From positions 29,756,419-29,820,418 of the forward strand of contig NC_057719.1 in assembly GCF_004010195.1 (NCBI RefSeq): a DNA stretch of 64,000 nucleotides. Reading direction: 5' to 3'. Position numbers and translations under genes: made by a program. Numbering within the stretch: the stretch's first letter is position 1; every line of letters begins with the position of its first letter. Under the pieces are notes generated by a model, which was not told the DNA's origin, ran no database searches, and was given only the letters and a program-made list of their open reading frames with translations. The stretch comes from Chiloscyllium plagiosum (lineage: Eukaryota). Shown piece by piece: positions 1-11,282 of this stretch.

Positions 1-35
1 TCTTCTAAATAGTGGTGATATAGTCCTAACCTAGT

Positions 36-312
36 GGGGCGGCACAGTGACTCAGTGGTTAGTACTGTTGCGTCACATCACCAGGGTCCTGGGTTCGATT
101 CCAACCTCAGGTGACTGTGTGGAGTTTGCACATTCTCCCACTGTCTGCGTGGGTTTCCTCCGGTTTCCTCCCACAGTCCAAAGATGTGCAGGCTAGGTGA
201 ATTGGCCATGCTTAAATTATCAATTAGGTACATTAGTCAGAGGGGAAAAGGGGTTTGGGTGTGGTCCTGTTGGGCGAAGGGGCCTGTTTCCACACTGTAG
301 GGAATCTAATCT
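36..312 (+). mobile_element. HE1-type tRNA-derived V-SINE
   Basis: tRNA-like head with A/B boxes (CAGTGGTTAG, GGTTCGATTCC), V-domain GTGGAGTTTGCACATTCTCCC...GGTTTCCTCCCACAGTCC, tail GAAGGGCCTGTTTCCACACTGTA-(AATCT)n; same family as 23764-24083. Confidence 0.9.
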
Positions 313-689
313 ATCCAGTCTCCCCTCACAAGTCAGTCCTGCCATCTCAGGAATCAAATTGCTAAACCTTTATGGCACTCCCTTCATAGCCAGAACATCC
401 ATTGTCTCACCAAGACCCTTTATGATTGTAGCTTGTTGTGTAAAGTATAGCAGCTTATGAATTAAAAAATACTTAGAATGCAAAAACAGAATAAAGATGT
501 AAGAGCAGTTGATATCACTGAAGCAGAAAGGTTTCCATGCTAGGCCTGATTTTGTAATGCATAATTAGTAGCTTTCAACTGTGTTGTGTGCTAATAACGT
601 ACAGTCCTCACAATTTACATTATTCACCCTTGTTCCAGGCCACTGCCGTCATAATTGAATTTCAGAGGCACTGTTTATAACATATTAAG

Positions 690-885
690 CCACCAGCAAT
701 TGTCTATTGTCAAAAAACAACCCATCTAGTTCACTCATGTCCTTTAGGGAAGGAAATCAGTCATCCTTACCTGGTGTAGACCCACATAATGTGGTTGACT
801 CTTAACTTCCCTCTGAGCAACTAGAAATGGGCAATAAATAATGGTCTAGCCAGAGATGCCCACTTCTCATGATCAAACAGAGAAA
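690..885 (+). mobile_element. 3' fragment of a Deu/SacSINE-like SINE
   Basis: AACCCATCTAGTTCACTCATGTCCTTTAGGGAAGGAAATC...GGGCAATAAAT matches the reverse complement of 15445-15790. Confidence 0.6.
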
Positions 886-911
886 AAAAGAAACAATTGA
901 TTGAAGCAGCT

Positions 912-2433
912 TGTTGTAGCAACCCATGACTAAAGTTGAGAAGATGGCAGCCTGGGGCTTTTTTAGTTGACACAAGATGGCTGAAAGGGGGTTGACAGCC
1001 TACATACAGATGTTCACAGCTAGACCCATGGTGTCCTCATAGAGATACTGGATAAGATGAGATTCTCCGTAGGGATAAAAATTAGGAAAATCAATCAGGT
1101 TTCTGTAAACAGGCAGTTCTAAATATAAGCATTTTAACAAGGAACAGTTTTGAAAGGCCTAGTTTAGCCGCAGTTTCAAGTTTGTAATTTAGAAAAAAGT
1201 AGAAGAAAACATCTGATCTCTCAGTATTCTGAATTCATTAGGTAATTGTAGAATTGGAAAGGCAAAATAGTATGAAAAGGTTAGTTGGATTCTTTGAGCA
1301 AATCTTTGTAGGCAGTGCATTATTATGAAAGATACAGTAATAATAGATGGTGTAAACACAACCTTAAAAAAACCATTGGCACAGGAGGAGAGCAGAGGAA
1401 GATTGTAAAAAGAGAGAGGTCACAACTAGGGAGAGATAAAAAAAATTGAAACAATGCATATGTAGATAACTTGAACAAATTCTTACATCCAAAGATCAAG
1501 GATAAGTGACAAAGCCAAATTACAACATACAGAGAGTGAAGATGTGGCTATGTGGTTATTTGTGGAATCTAAACAAGTTTTGTTTAAAGACTTCATAAAG
1601 CTGTAAAGTGATTGAATTTTACCCTTGTCAGTGGAATTTGATTAGATGTTTTTGGATGTAAGTTTGCTCACTGAGCTGGGAGGTTCATTTTCAGATGTGC
1701 ACTATGATACTAGGCAACATCATCAGTGAGTCTCCAGTGAAGCATTAGTGCTGTGACCCGCTTTTATTAAAAGATGATTAGTAATGGAAAGTGTTCTGCA
1801 GCTACAGTGAGAAAGGGGTTGTTTTCAATTTGTCAGTCATATCACAGAATTGTAGTAACTTTATTATTTGAGTTGATTTTAAGGACTTCATAACAATTGG
1901 TAGAATTTAATATCCTTCCTAATATCCCACACTAAAATTAGTATAGAAGAGTTCTTAGTGAGGAGCAAGTATTTACGTTATTGGTAAACAATGCAATGCA
2001 GCTGGCAAATGTCTGGGAAGGAATAAAACTGTCAGAAGCATTGCAAGATTCCAGAAACTGACGACAGAGGTATCTGGGAAACATCATAAGATTATGGGAG
2101 GACCTGGGCTGTCCATAGATTTACTTATCATTGATTGTGTGTTTGCTGGATTGAATGTATAGGGTGATGTCGTTAACAATGACATCCATGTTGCATGTAA
2201 TTATTGTAACGTGAAAGGTATAAAAATATTGTATTCAGCTGGTGAACACAGTTTCATTGAAATTCTTCCGATCTGAATCATAATTAAGAGGGCAATTGAG
2301 CCCTATAGGAAAGCCAGATTTAGGGTGGTCTCTGGTCTCTCCCACGTATGTGGTAGAAGAGCTCTCAATAAAAGTCGCTTTTACTACGGAACACAGAACT
2401 CAAGACTCTTCTTTGACATTTCTCCCTCCAACA
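912..2433 (+). mobile_element. Putative 5' LTR (~1.5 kb) of a retrovirus-like element
   Basis: TGTTG at 912 and CAACA at 2429-2433, AATAAA near 2368, followed after 2 nt by a TGG-starting PBS and gag-pro remnants; the 5' boundary is inferred only from the terminal inverted pentamer. Confidence 0.5.
1640..1770 (-). mobile_element. Decayed Penelope-like terminal fragment with a degenerate hammerhead, nested in the LTR
   Basis: Similar to 30263-30370; minus strand reads TCA-CTGATGA...ACATC-TGA but the GAAA box is lost. Confidence 0.5.
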
Positions 2434-2435
2434 AC

Positions 2436-2453
2436 TGGCGCTACAAGTAGGGT
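2436..2453 (+). promoter_or_regulatory. Primer binding site, most like tRNA-Ser (degenerate)
   Basis: TGGCGCTACAAGTAGGGT 2 nt after LTR end CA; resembles the tRNA-Ser complement TGGCGCTGTGAGCAGG. Confidence 0.55.
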
Positions 2454-2627
2454 GATGTACCGGTCTGTAATTGGCTATGTGGACTCTAATTGGGTGAATG
2501 TCTTTAATATTACCAACCTTTAGGTAGATGGTAAACCTTGTAGTCGATCCCGGCTGTAAGTTGTAATAGGAAAGGAATTAAAAGGAGAAGGGGGTTGTAC
2601 TGTGTTCAGTAGACAATTGATAGATCT

Positions 2628-2778
2628 AGTCCACACAGGGGACGGTTGAGCCCCACAGCAGGATGGGCAAGGCCCAAAGACAGTCCACAGCCGAGACTGT
2701 TGAGCTCCATAGCAGGATGGCTAAGGCCTGAGCAGCATCCAAACTGGGAATGTGTTGAGCCCACAGAAGGATGCCTAG
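2628..2778 (+). repeat. Three imperfect ~54 bp tandem units in the proviral leader
   Basis: Recurring GTCCAC...GTTGAGC(C)CCACAGCAGGATGG(G)C(T)AAGG units. Confidence 0.7.
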
Positions 2779-2799
2779 GTGGAAAAGTGCACAAAGGGA

Positions 2800-4700
2800 T
2801 GCATAAGACGATGGCAGCCAGAAAAGATCTGGAAGGGATCATGTTTAAGAACAAAGGAAAAATAGTATGGGGCCCAGAAGAATTCACTGGTTCAAGTTGA
2901 ACTAGAACGTAATCAGAAATTGATCATTAAGATAATTGGGAACGGATATGATCTGGATGCCCGATGTCAGAGCAGAAAGCTTGGTGGAAGGGACAAGAAG
3001 AAAAAAATAAATATGAGAAAGGGGTAATAACTCCAGCAGCCCTTGTCAGAGATATGACCAATGAGAAACAAGAACAAACAAAAGGTGATGGCTCTTAGAC
3101 ATGAGGGCTTGAAGCCAAAGGGCCAGATGATAGTTACAGTCAGAGAGGCCCCACTCCACTCGGAAGGCGGTAAGGACAATGACATTGCCTGGAATGGGTT
3201 AGATGATGACGTATATGTGTATGGACATAGGGAAGACAATCGGTAGGATGACCCACCAGTCTATAAGAAGGCTGCGCCTATGGCACTATTGCGGATCCAA
3301 GTGAGAGCTTAGAAAGACCACCGGAGACAACAAATCCATGAGACAGAAACCAAAACCCAACCATTTACTCTTGCTGAACGACAAATGTTGGTGAATGAAC
3401 TCATAGCTTTAAAGAAAAATGATAATAATGGATCTTATTGGGAGAAATTACATGAATTAGCTGAGGCACACAATCTCACTAATGATATCCTTAAGGTGAA
3501 AACGCCCAACACTATATGGCAGAACCTTCCAGCTCCAATGAAACAAGGACCATCTCGGTTCCACTATTTGACAGTTGACCAGTGGCACCAGATGTTCAAA
3601 AGTAATTGCATGGACACACTAGATAGGAGACAGGCTAATTGGACTAAAATAACCTTGGTGACTCAAGGACCAAGAAAAATGTAGAGCATTAGGCAGACAG
3701 GAAGTTTGAGGCAAAAGGATCGGGGGGGATTCATAAAGGTCGATCGTGATGATGACATGTTTTTGAAGTTTTTTTAAAGATGGCATGGGCCCCCATTTGA
3801 CTAAAATTATAAATATGGGACGTCCAGTGGGAAATAAATAGGGCCACGAGAGCTGAGGAAACTCAGAAATAACAGTGGTACACAGTTAAAATAGCCACAA
3901 TGCAGGGAGCAAAAACAGACCTGGAATGTTACAAATGTAGCAGGATAGGGCACAAAGACACGGAATGTAGGCAGAGAGAGGACAAAAGATGTTTAAATTG
4001 CTGAAGGCCAGACCACTCTAGGAAGGATTGTTGAGCAAAATGGGGAGATAAGGAAAGATGGGAATCCCGAGACCAAATGTCCCAGAGCCAAAGTTCTCAG
4101 GTAGGGACACTGATGACAGTGCTCACATCAGGCTCATATTTGCCCACACATGGGAAGATGGTGTCAGCTCCTGTCATGCAGATCTTGTCAAATGATCTGA
4201 AAAGGCTGCTATCCCAATGACAGATAGCAGTCCTTGGCCGGGGGAGTGGGAAAGGGACCCAAGAATATCTATTGACATGCTGTTAGGAGGTCGGCATTGC
4301 ATGACAGTAATATGTACAGGAGCATCTATATCAATTACCAATACAAATTTGCCTCTCATCCCCTCAACTACTAAAATTAGGGAGTTGGAACTAGATTAAA
4401 CGAACCTGTCCCAGTGCAGTTTAGGAATGTGACAAATACATTCAGATGTGGGTGTGTGAAAATGAGGAAGGGACCATTCTGGCAGTTGACCTTTTAGAAC
4501 AATTAGGAGCAATTATTGATATGGGGACTCAAACCACAACATGGCAACCCTCCAGCCAACTCTGGGAAAGGAAAAAAGATGCTCTCATTTTCCATTTTCC
4601 AACTGCCTTCTTGGTTGTTAATGGTGTAACACTGCTGAAGACTGCAGACAGCTTCAGTCAGTTGTTTCCCAAATACAGATGATCTATTGGCTTCCAGATA
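2800..4700 (+). pseudogene. Decayed gag-protease(-RT remnant) of an endogenous retrovirus/LTR retroelement
   Basis: Two CCHC knuckles CYKCSRIGHKDTEC (3927-3968) and CLNC*RPDHSRKDC (3990-4031); protease-like VICTGASISIT (ORF 4217-4399) and GTILAVDLLEQLGAIID (ORF 4446-4682); possible NTDDLL remnant of YxDD near 4672-4690; many stops and frameshifts. Confidence 0.75.
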
Positions 4701-5320
4701 AATAACCCATGGTATAAAATAGAAGGACTGCAGAATGAAAACATTTTAAGCATTTACTTACTGTACTGTACTATATGTGGACATGGTTCATCTGCCTGTA
4801 ACCAGAAAGACCAACTTCTGCAAGTTAAACCTATTTTCTCACTACTCCAGCTGATAATTACTAGTGATTAGAGGTGAAGTGAAATTTTCTGCTTTGCTCT
4901 GTTACAGATTTAACAATCTCCTTTGAATGCTACCAGTTTGGTAACTTCATAAATTGATAAGCATAAACTGCAATCTTACACAGCCAACGGACTCTGCTCC
5001 AAATCATAACACACAGCAAAAACAGCAAGACAAATTTAGATCATGAACGTATTAAATCAGACTTATTTCAATTCTTTTTTTTTCCCGGATTGTTTTAATT
5101 GCATGACCATTGATATTTACAATGACCTAAATTTGCAATACTCAATAACCAGCTTTCCTTTGCATAAAGAATTCAATGAAATTATTGTAAACCAGTTATA
5201 GAAGGAAAACTTCACTTGAACAAACTCCAATATGGTGTCTGTATTACCAAAATCCATCCTTCAAGCAATAACGTTAAAACTACAAATACAAATAAAGAAG
5301 TAGTGATGTAAAATATGTAC

Positions 5321-5391
5321 CTTAAAGGAGCATATTTTGTTTCCAGAAAGGTTCAGCCATTCTAACTGAACATTGAAGTCCAAAGAGTTAG
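5321..5391 (-). CDS. LRRC9: LRRC9 coding exon 5 (71 bp): (S)NSLDFNVQLEWLNLSGNKICSFK
   Basis: tttcag acceptor, AAG|gtacat donor; its first 2 nt complete the phase-1 codon of the previous exon; LRR motif matches remembered LRRC9 [21 protein letters not shown]. Confidence 0.92.
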
Positions 5392-5554
5392 CTGAAATTT
5401 AAAACATTGTTGCAAGATTACATAAACAATTATTATATTCAAATCTTTAAAGTAACATTTGCCACAAATTAAAAGAGAAAAGGATTCAGTGCAATAACAG
5501 AAAACAGGTTTTAACTGTACTTCAAAACGCTTTACGTTCAATAAATTAGACAAT

Positions 5555-6560
5555 AGTAAGATCACAAGCCAGAGGAACAGGAGGTTATTCACCCCTTGAG
5601 ACTGCTCTGCCATTCAATGAAATCATGGCTGATAATGTAAATCATCAACTTTGCTGCCTTTTCCTTATAACCCTCAATTCTCTTACTGTTTAAAATCTGT
5701 CTATCTCAACATTGAATATACTAAATAATCCAACCTCAACAGCCCTCTGAATAAAGAATTCCATAGATTCACTATTCCTCAAGAGAAGAAATTTCTCCTG
5801 ATCTGTCTTAAATGTGCAATTTCTTATTCTGACATTATGCTGTCTAGATTCTCCAACAAGATGAAGCTCATTTTACATCTACCCAGTCAAGAACCCCAAG
5901 AATCTTCTATGTTTCAATAAAGTCACCTCTCATTCTTCTAAATTCCAAAGAACAAAGATCCAACCTACTGAACTTCTTCTTGCAAAATAGTTCCTTTATA
6001 TGTGTATCAGCCCAGTGAATCTTGTCCAGACTGCTTTCAATGCCAGTATCTCTTTCCTTAGACAAGATACAAAACTGTTTTCCAACTATGGTCTGACTGG
6101 TGCCTTTTACAGTGTTGGCAAAATCTCCCTATTTTTCTCATAAGGTGGTAATGGATATCTGAAACAAAGACAGAATACTGGAGAAACTTAACAGGTCTGG
6201 TAGCTTCCTTAGAGTGAGAAAAACAGTTAACCTACTCCATTCCTTTTGACATAAAAGGTTAACCATTCCATTAGCCTTTCTCGTTACCCACTGAACTTGG
6301 ATGCTGCCTTTTTGTGATTTCTGTACGAGGATGTCCAAATCTGTTTTGTAGCTTTCTGCAGTCTTTTTCCATTTAACTATCATCCAGCTCTTCTATTCTT
6401 CCTGCCACAGTACATAATCTCACATTTCCCCACATTATATTCCATTTGCGAAGTATTTGCTCACTAACTTTACCCATCTAAATTCCCTGCAGACATTTTG
6501 TGTCATCCTCACTACATGCCTTCCCAACTATTTTTGTCATTAACAAACTTGGCTATAAAT
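5555..6560 (-). mobile_element. Old CR1 LINE 3' portion
   Basis: CR1 3' UTR (CATTCAATGAAATCATGGCTGAT) and decayed RT C-terminal sequence ending near TTTGTCATTAACAAACTTGGC. Confidence 0.7.
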
Positions 6561-7676
6561 CATAATGGAATTTAACAGTTATTACAGTTAACAAATGTGT
6601 TAGTTGATTTGTACAAAGCAATATCCAACAAACAAACATTAGTTAGTCTGTTTATCACAATGTTGCTTGAGAAAGGAATGTCAGCCAAGACTTAAAATAA
6701 TCTTCAAATAATATAATGTAATCTCTAATATCAACATTTTCAGAAAAGCATCAGTTTTACAACATACTTTCTGTTGTATTATCCTGGTTTCTACTGAGTT
6801 TTTGAACCCAAACCCTTTTTATCAAACTCCAAACCTCAAACTTTTGATTAGGGATAACAGAATTTTCAATAGAGGCAAGTGATCATAGAAATTTCAGTAC
6901 AGGCACAATCAGTCTTCTAGGGCCAATCTTGACATTATGCCATGTTACAGATTGTTTTTCACAATTTAAAAACTCCTACGAGATTCTATTTTACTTCTCT
7001 ATTTCAGAGAAAAAAAAGAATCAATTATTAAGTCTTCCATCATAATTGTAATAATTAATTCTTATAATTGGAAGTGAACCAAGAAAGGTCAACAACGTGA
7101 TCATCATAGAAAACAAAACCAAAAGAAGAAAACATTTATCATTGTCTTACTGCTTAAAATTCTTAGGATTAATAATGAATTATCTAAGTGTATTATCACC
7201 CATTATAAGACTATATATTGAAGCTAATAATCAGATCAGTATTTTCCAATTCTATCAGTTTTATCTATTCTCAAATTCAATAATAGAACAGAGCAGACAT
7301 CACGCAAATTGAACTGCATCTTTTATCAGTTAAGTGAAGTCAAGTGAAGTGAAGTGAATGCATTGGCTTTCTCTACAGGTCAGCCTAATATACAAATCAT
7401 TTCATTTCACTGTCTGAGTTTAAGGTGGGAAGGGAATAAAAGGCAGAGATTAGAAATAAGAGAAGAGGTATGTCAGGACCATGGTAAGGATTTTAATTTC
7501 ATTCCACTTGATTTGGTTCAGATTTACTTTTGGAAAGAAATATCAAATACTCCTTTATGTTTTAAAATCATAAAAAGTCTAGAATCACTTAAAATAGATA
7601 GTTAACAAATAAGCTAAACACTTGTCATATTGGCCTCCATAAGTAATAACAAAGGTAATAATTATTTTATACTTAC

Positions 7677-7740
7677 AAATCACATCAATTAAATTTCCAG
7701 CAAGATTCAGCTCCTTGAGATGTGTCAATGTGTTTAAGCC
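7677..7740 (-). CDS. LRRC9: LRRC9 coding exon 4 (64 bp): GLNTLTHLKELNLAGNLIDVI+1nt
   Basis: ttttactgcag acceptor, gtaagt donor; LRR LKELNLAGNLI. Confidence 0.93.
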
Positions 7741-8095
7741 CTGCAGTAAAAAAGCGGTTACAGTTAAAATGGTATTTATAGTTTCCACTCATATGAAGCT
7801 TATTTACCCTCATGTTTCCTTTCTATCTATTTTATCATTGTACTATTGAGATACAAAGACTATCCGTATGGCTTCAGCCACCATCAAACATATCAATATA
7901 TCATTATAACATCTTAGTTATAATATTGACAACTACAGTATTTTAGTGAATATTTTAAAGAAATGGTAATGCTGCATTCCTTAAAATTAAGTGAATTTTT
8001 TATCTCTTCCATGTCAAAAGTATACCAATAAAAATATTGTTCCTTGAGATCTCTTTTCACGGAATTCTGAGGCTTTCAAAGTAGATCATTCTCAA

Positions 8096-9722
8096 GAATA
8101 GAATGTAGGGAAATAGATGATGACATCTTGAAAAATGTCCATATTACAGAGAAGTGCTGGATATTTTGAAACACATAAAAATGGATAAATCCCCAGGACC
8201 TGATCAGGTACCAGAGAACTCAGTGGGAAGCTAGAGAAGTGATTGCTGGGCCTCTTGCTGAGAAATTTGTATCATCGATAGTCACAGGTGAGGTGCCAGG
8301 AGACTGGAGGTTGGCTAACCTGGTGCCACTGTTTAAGAAGGGTAGTAAGGAAATGCCAGGGAACTATAGACCAGTGAGCTTGACATCAGTGGTGGGCAAG
8401 TTGTTGGAGGGAATCCTGAGGGACAGGATGGCAAGAACTGATTAGGGATATTCAACATGTGCGTGGGAAATCATGTCTCACAAACTTGATTGAGTTTTTT
8501 GAAGAAGTAACAAAGAGGATTGATGAGGGCAGAGCCCTCATATGGACTTCAGAAAGGCGTACGACAAGGTTCCCCATGAGAGACTGGTTAGCAAGGTTAG
8601 ATCTCACTGAATACAGGGAAGACTAGCCATTTGGATACAGAACTGGCTCAAAAGGTAGAAGACAGAGGGTGGTGGTGGAGGGTTGTTTTTCAGACTGGAG
8701 GCCTGTGACCAGTGGAGTATCACAAGGATCGGTGCTGGGTCCTCTACTTTTTGTCATTTATATAAATGATTTGGATTTTAGCATAGGAGGTTATAGTTAG
8801 TAAGTTTGCAGATGATACCAAAATTGGAGGTGTAATGGACAGCAAAGGAGGTTACCTCAGATTACAACAGGATCTTGATCAGATGGGCCAATGGCTGAGA
8901 AGTGGCAGATGGAGTTTAATTCAGATACATGTGAGGTGCTGCATTTTGGGAAAGCAAATCTTAGCAGGACTTATACACTTAATGGTCAAGTCCTAGGGAG
9001 CATTGCTGAATAAAGAGACCTTGGAGTGCAGGTTCATAGCTCCTTCAAAGTGGAGTCGCAGGTAGATAGGATAGTGAAGGCGGCGTTTGGTATGCTTTCT
9101 TTTATTGGTCAGAGTATTGAGTATAGAAGTTGGGAGGTCATGCTGTCACTGTACAGGACATTGGTTAGACCACTGTTGGAATATTGCATGAAATTCTGGT
9201 CTCCTTCCTATCGGAAAGATGTTGTGAAACATGAAAGGGTTCAGAAAAGATTTACAAGGATGATGCCAGGGTTGGAGGATTTGAACTATGTGGAGAGGCT
9301 GAACAGGCTGGGACTATTTTCCCTGGAGCGTAGGAAGCTGAGGGGTGACCTTATCGAGGTTTACAAAATTATGAAGGGCATGGATAGGATAAATAGATAA
9401 AGTCTTTTCCCTGGGGTGTGAGAGTCCAGAACTAGACGGCATGGGTTTAGGGTGTGAGGAGAAAGATAGAAAAGAGACCTAAGGGGTAACCTTTTCATGC
9501 AGAGGGTGGTACGTGTATGGAATCAGCTGCCAGAGGAAGTGGTGGAGACTAGTAGAATTGCAACATTTAAAAGGCAGTTGGATGGGTATATGAATAGGAA
9601 GGGTTTGGAGGGATATAGGCTGGTTGCTGGCATGTGGGACTAGATTGAGTTGGGATATCTAGTCAGCATGGACAGGTTGGACCAAAGGGTCTGTTTCCGT
9701 GCTGTACATCTCCGTGACTCTA
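8096..9722 (+). mobile_element. 5'-truncated CR1 LINE (RT + 3' UTR)
   Basis: PGNYRPVSLTSVVGKLLE, SKFADDTK, LFSLERRKLRGDLIEVYKIM; tail GTGCTGTACATCTCCGTGACTCTA. Confidence 0.93.
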
Positions 9723-9924
9723 ATATGTGGTTTTATCAAGGTGCCTCCATTGGTTCCATTCTTAATACTTCTGAGTATGTTCAAAAGACTGCAAAAAATT
9801 GGTTCATTTAACAAATGGGAGACTTATTCTATTTTAGAAGAAAGGTCCCTGGACTTCCTGTAAAAAAAATACTTAATGGGAGCTATGTAAACAGCCAGAA
9901 GCTTAGAGACTATGGAACTGCTTA

Positions 9925-10700
9925 CACTTGTTTACAGAAAAAGTTTGGAAGAAAGAACAGATGTAGATTATTTTCTAAATGTGGAAAAGCTTCAGAAATA
10001 TGAAGCATAAAGTGTCTTAGGAGTCCTAGTTCAAGATTCTCTTAAGGTTAACATGCAGGTTCAGTTGGCAGTTAGGAAGGAAAATTCAATGTTAGCATTC
10101 ATTTCAAGAAGACTAGAATACAAGAGCAAGGATGTACTTCTAAAGCTGTACAAGGCTTTGGTCAGACTGTATTTGGAATGTTGTGAGCAGTTTTGGGCCC
10201 CAAATGTGCTCGCCTTGGAGCGAGTCCAGAGGAGGTTAACAAGAATGATTCTGGGAATGGAGGGTTTCAAATATGAGAAGCTGTGGCTGATTCAATACTC
10301 ACTGGAGTTTCGAAGGATGAGGGCAGAGAATCTGATTGAAACCTAAGAGTATTGAGAGGCTTAGATAGAGTGGACATGCAGAAGATTTTTCCAGTAGTGG
10401 GAGAGATTAGGACTCAAGGGCACAGCCTCAAAATGAAGGGATGACCCTTTAGAATTGAGATAAGGAGGAATTTCTTCAGCCAGAAGGTAGTGAATCTGTG
10501 GGACTCATTGCTGCAGAAAGTTGTGGAGGGAAAGTCATTAAGACAAAAATAGAGAAGATTCCTGATTAAAAAAGGGATCAAGGATTACAGGGAGAAGGCA
10601 GGAGAATGGGGTTGAGAAACATATCAGCCATGACTGATTGTCGGTCCAGATTCAATGGGCTGAATGCCCCAGTTCTCTTTGTATACCTTAGGTTTATGGT
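9925..10700 (+). mobile_element. CR1 LINE 3' fragment (second subfamily)
   Basis: LAFISRRLEYKSKDVLLKLYKALVR; 3' UTR CAGCCATGACTGATTG. Confidence 0.85.
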
Positions 10701-11282
10701 TGTCAGACGTTTTGGGGTTTTCTCTGAATATTGCTTGGGAAGTTCATTTGGGGTCCAGTCTGCTAACAGAAACCATCTGCTTCATCCTTTCAAATGTTTT
10801 TTTTTGAGTACGCACTTTTACAGTGCAGTGCAGGAGCTGAAAAACTGATGTGTAAAGTCCCTTATAAAAATTTCTGAAAGATTTCTTCTTGATATCCCTT
10901 GAACACCCTACTTCCTGTAAGGACTCCATTCTATTCTTCGAGTTTCTCCGTTGCATCTGTCCGAATAATGTCATCTTCCAGATGTGCTTGAGAAATCGAC
11001 CTTCTCTTCAATGGATGAATCTATCGCTCTCTTTCTCTTCCCTCTACCTTGGATTGGAGCCCACAATGTCCTACTTATTTCCTACACTTCTGCCCTTACC
11101 TTCCCGAGTTTAGGGTTTCCCTTGTTCTCCTTTTCTATCCCAATTCATCCTCTGGATTCATAACATCATCTTCTACAATTTCCGGCATCTCCAGCAGGAT
11201 GCCACAACCAAACACATCTTTCCCTCCCTTCCAATCTTAGTATTTTGCAGGGACTATTACTTTCATGACAATCTGGTAATAC

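Noticed and set aside
2628..2778. Repeat-spacer pattern as a CRISPR-like array
   Set aside because: Eukaryotic proviral leader; units are contiguous diverged tandem copies without unique spacers
1..5320. Further LRRC9 exons (expected next peptide like ELTNL...LNDPQY)
   Set aside because: No matching minus-strand exon found; the gene presumably continues left of the window
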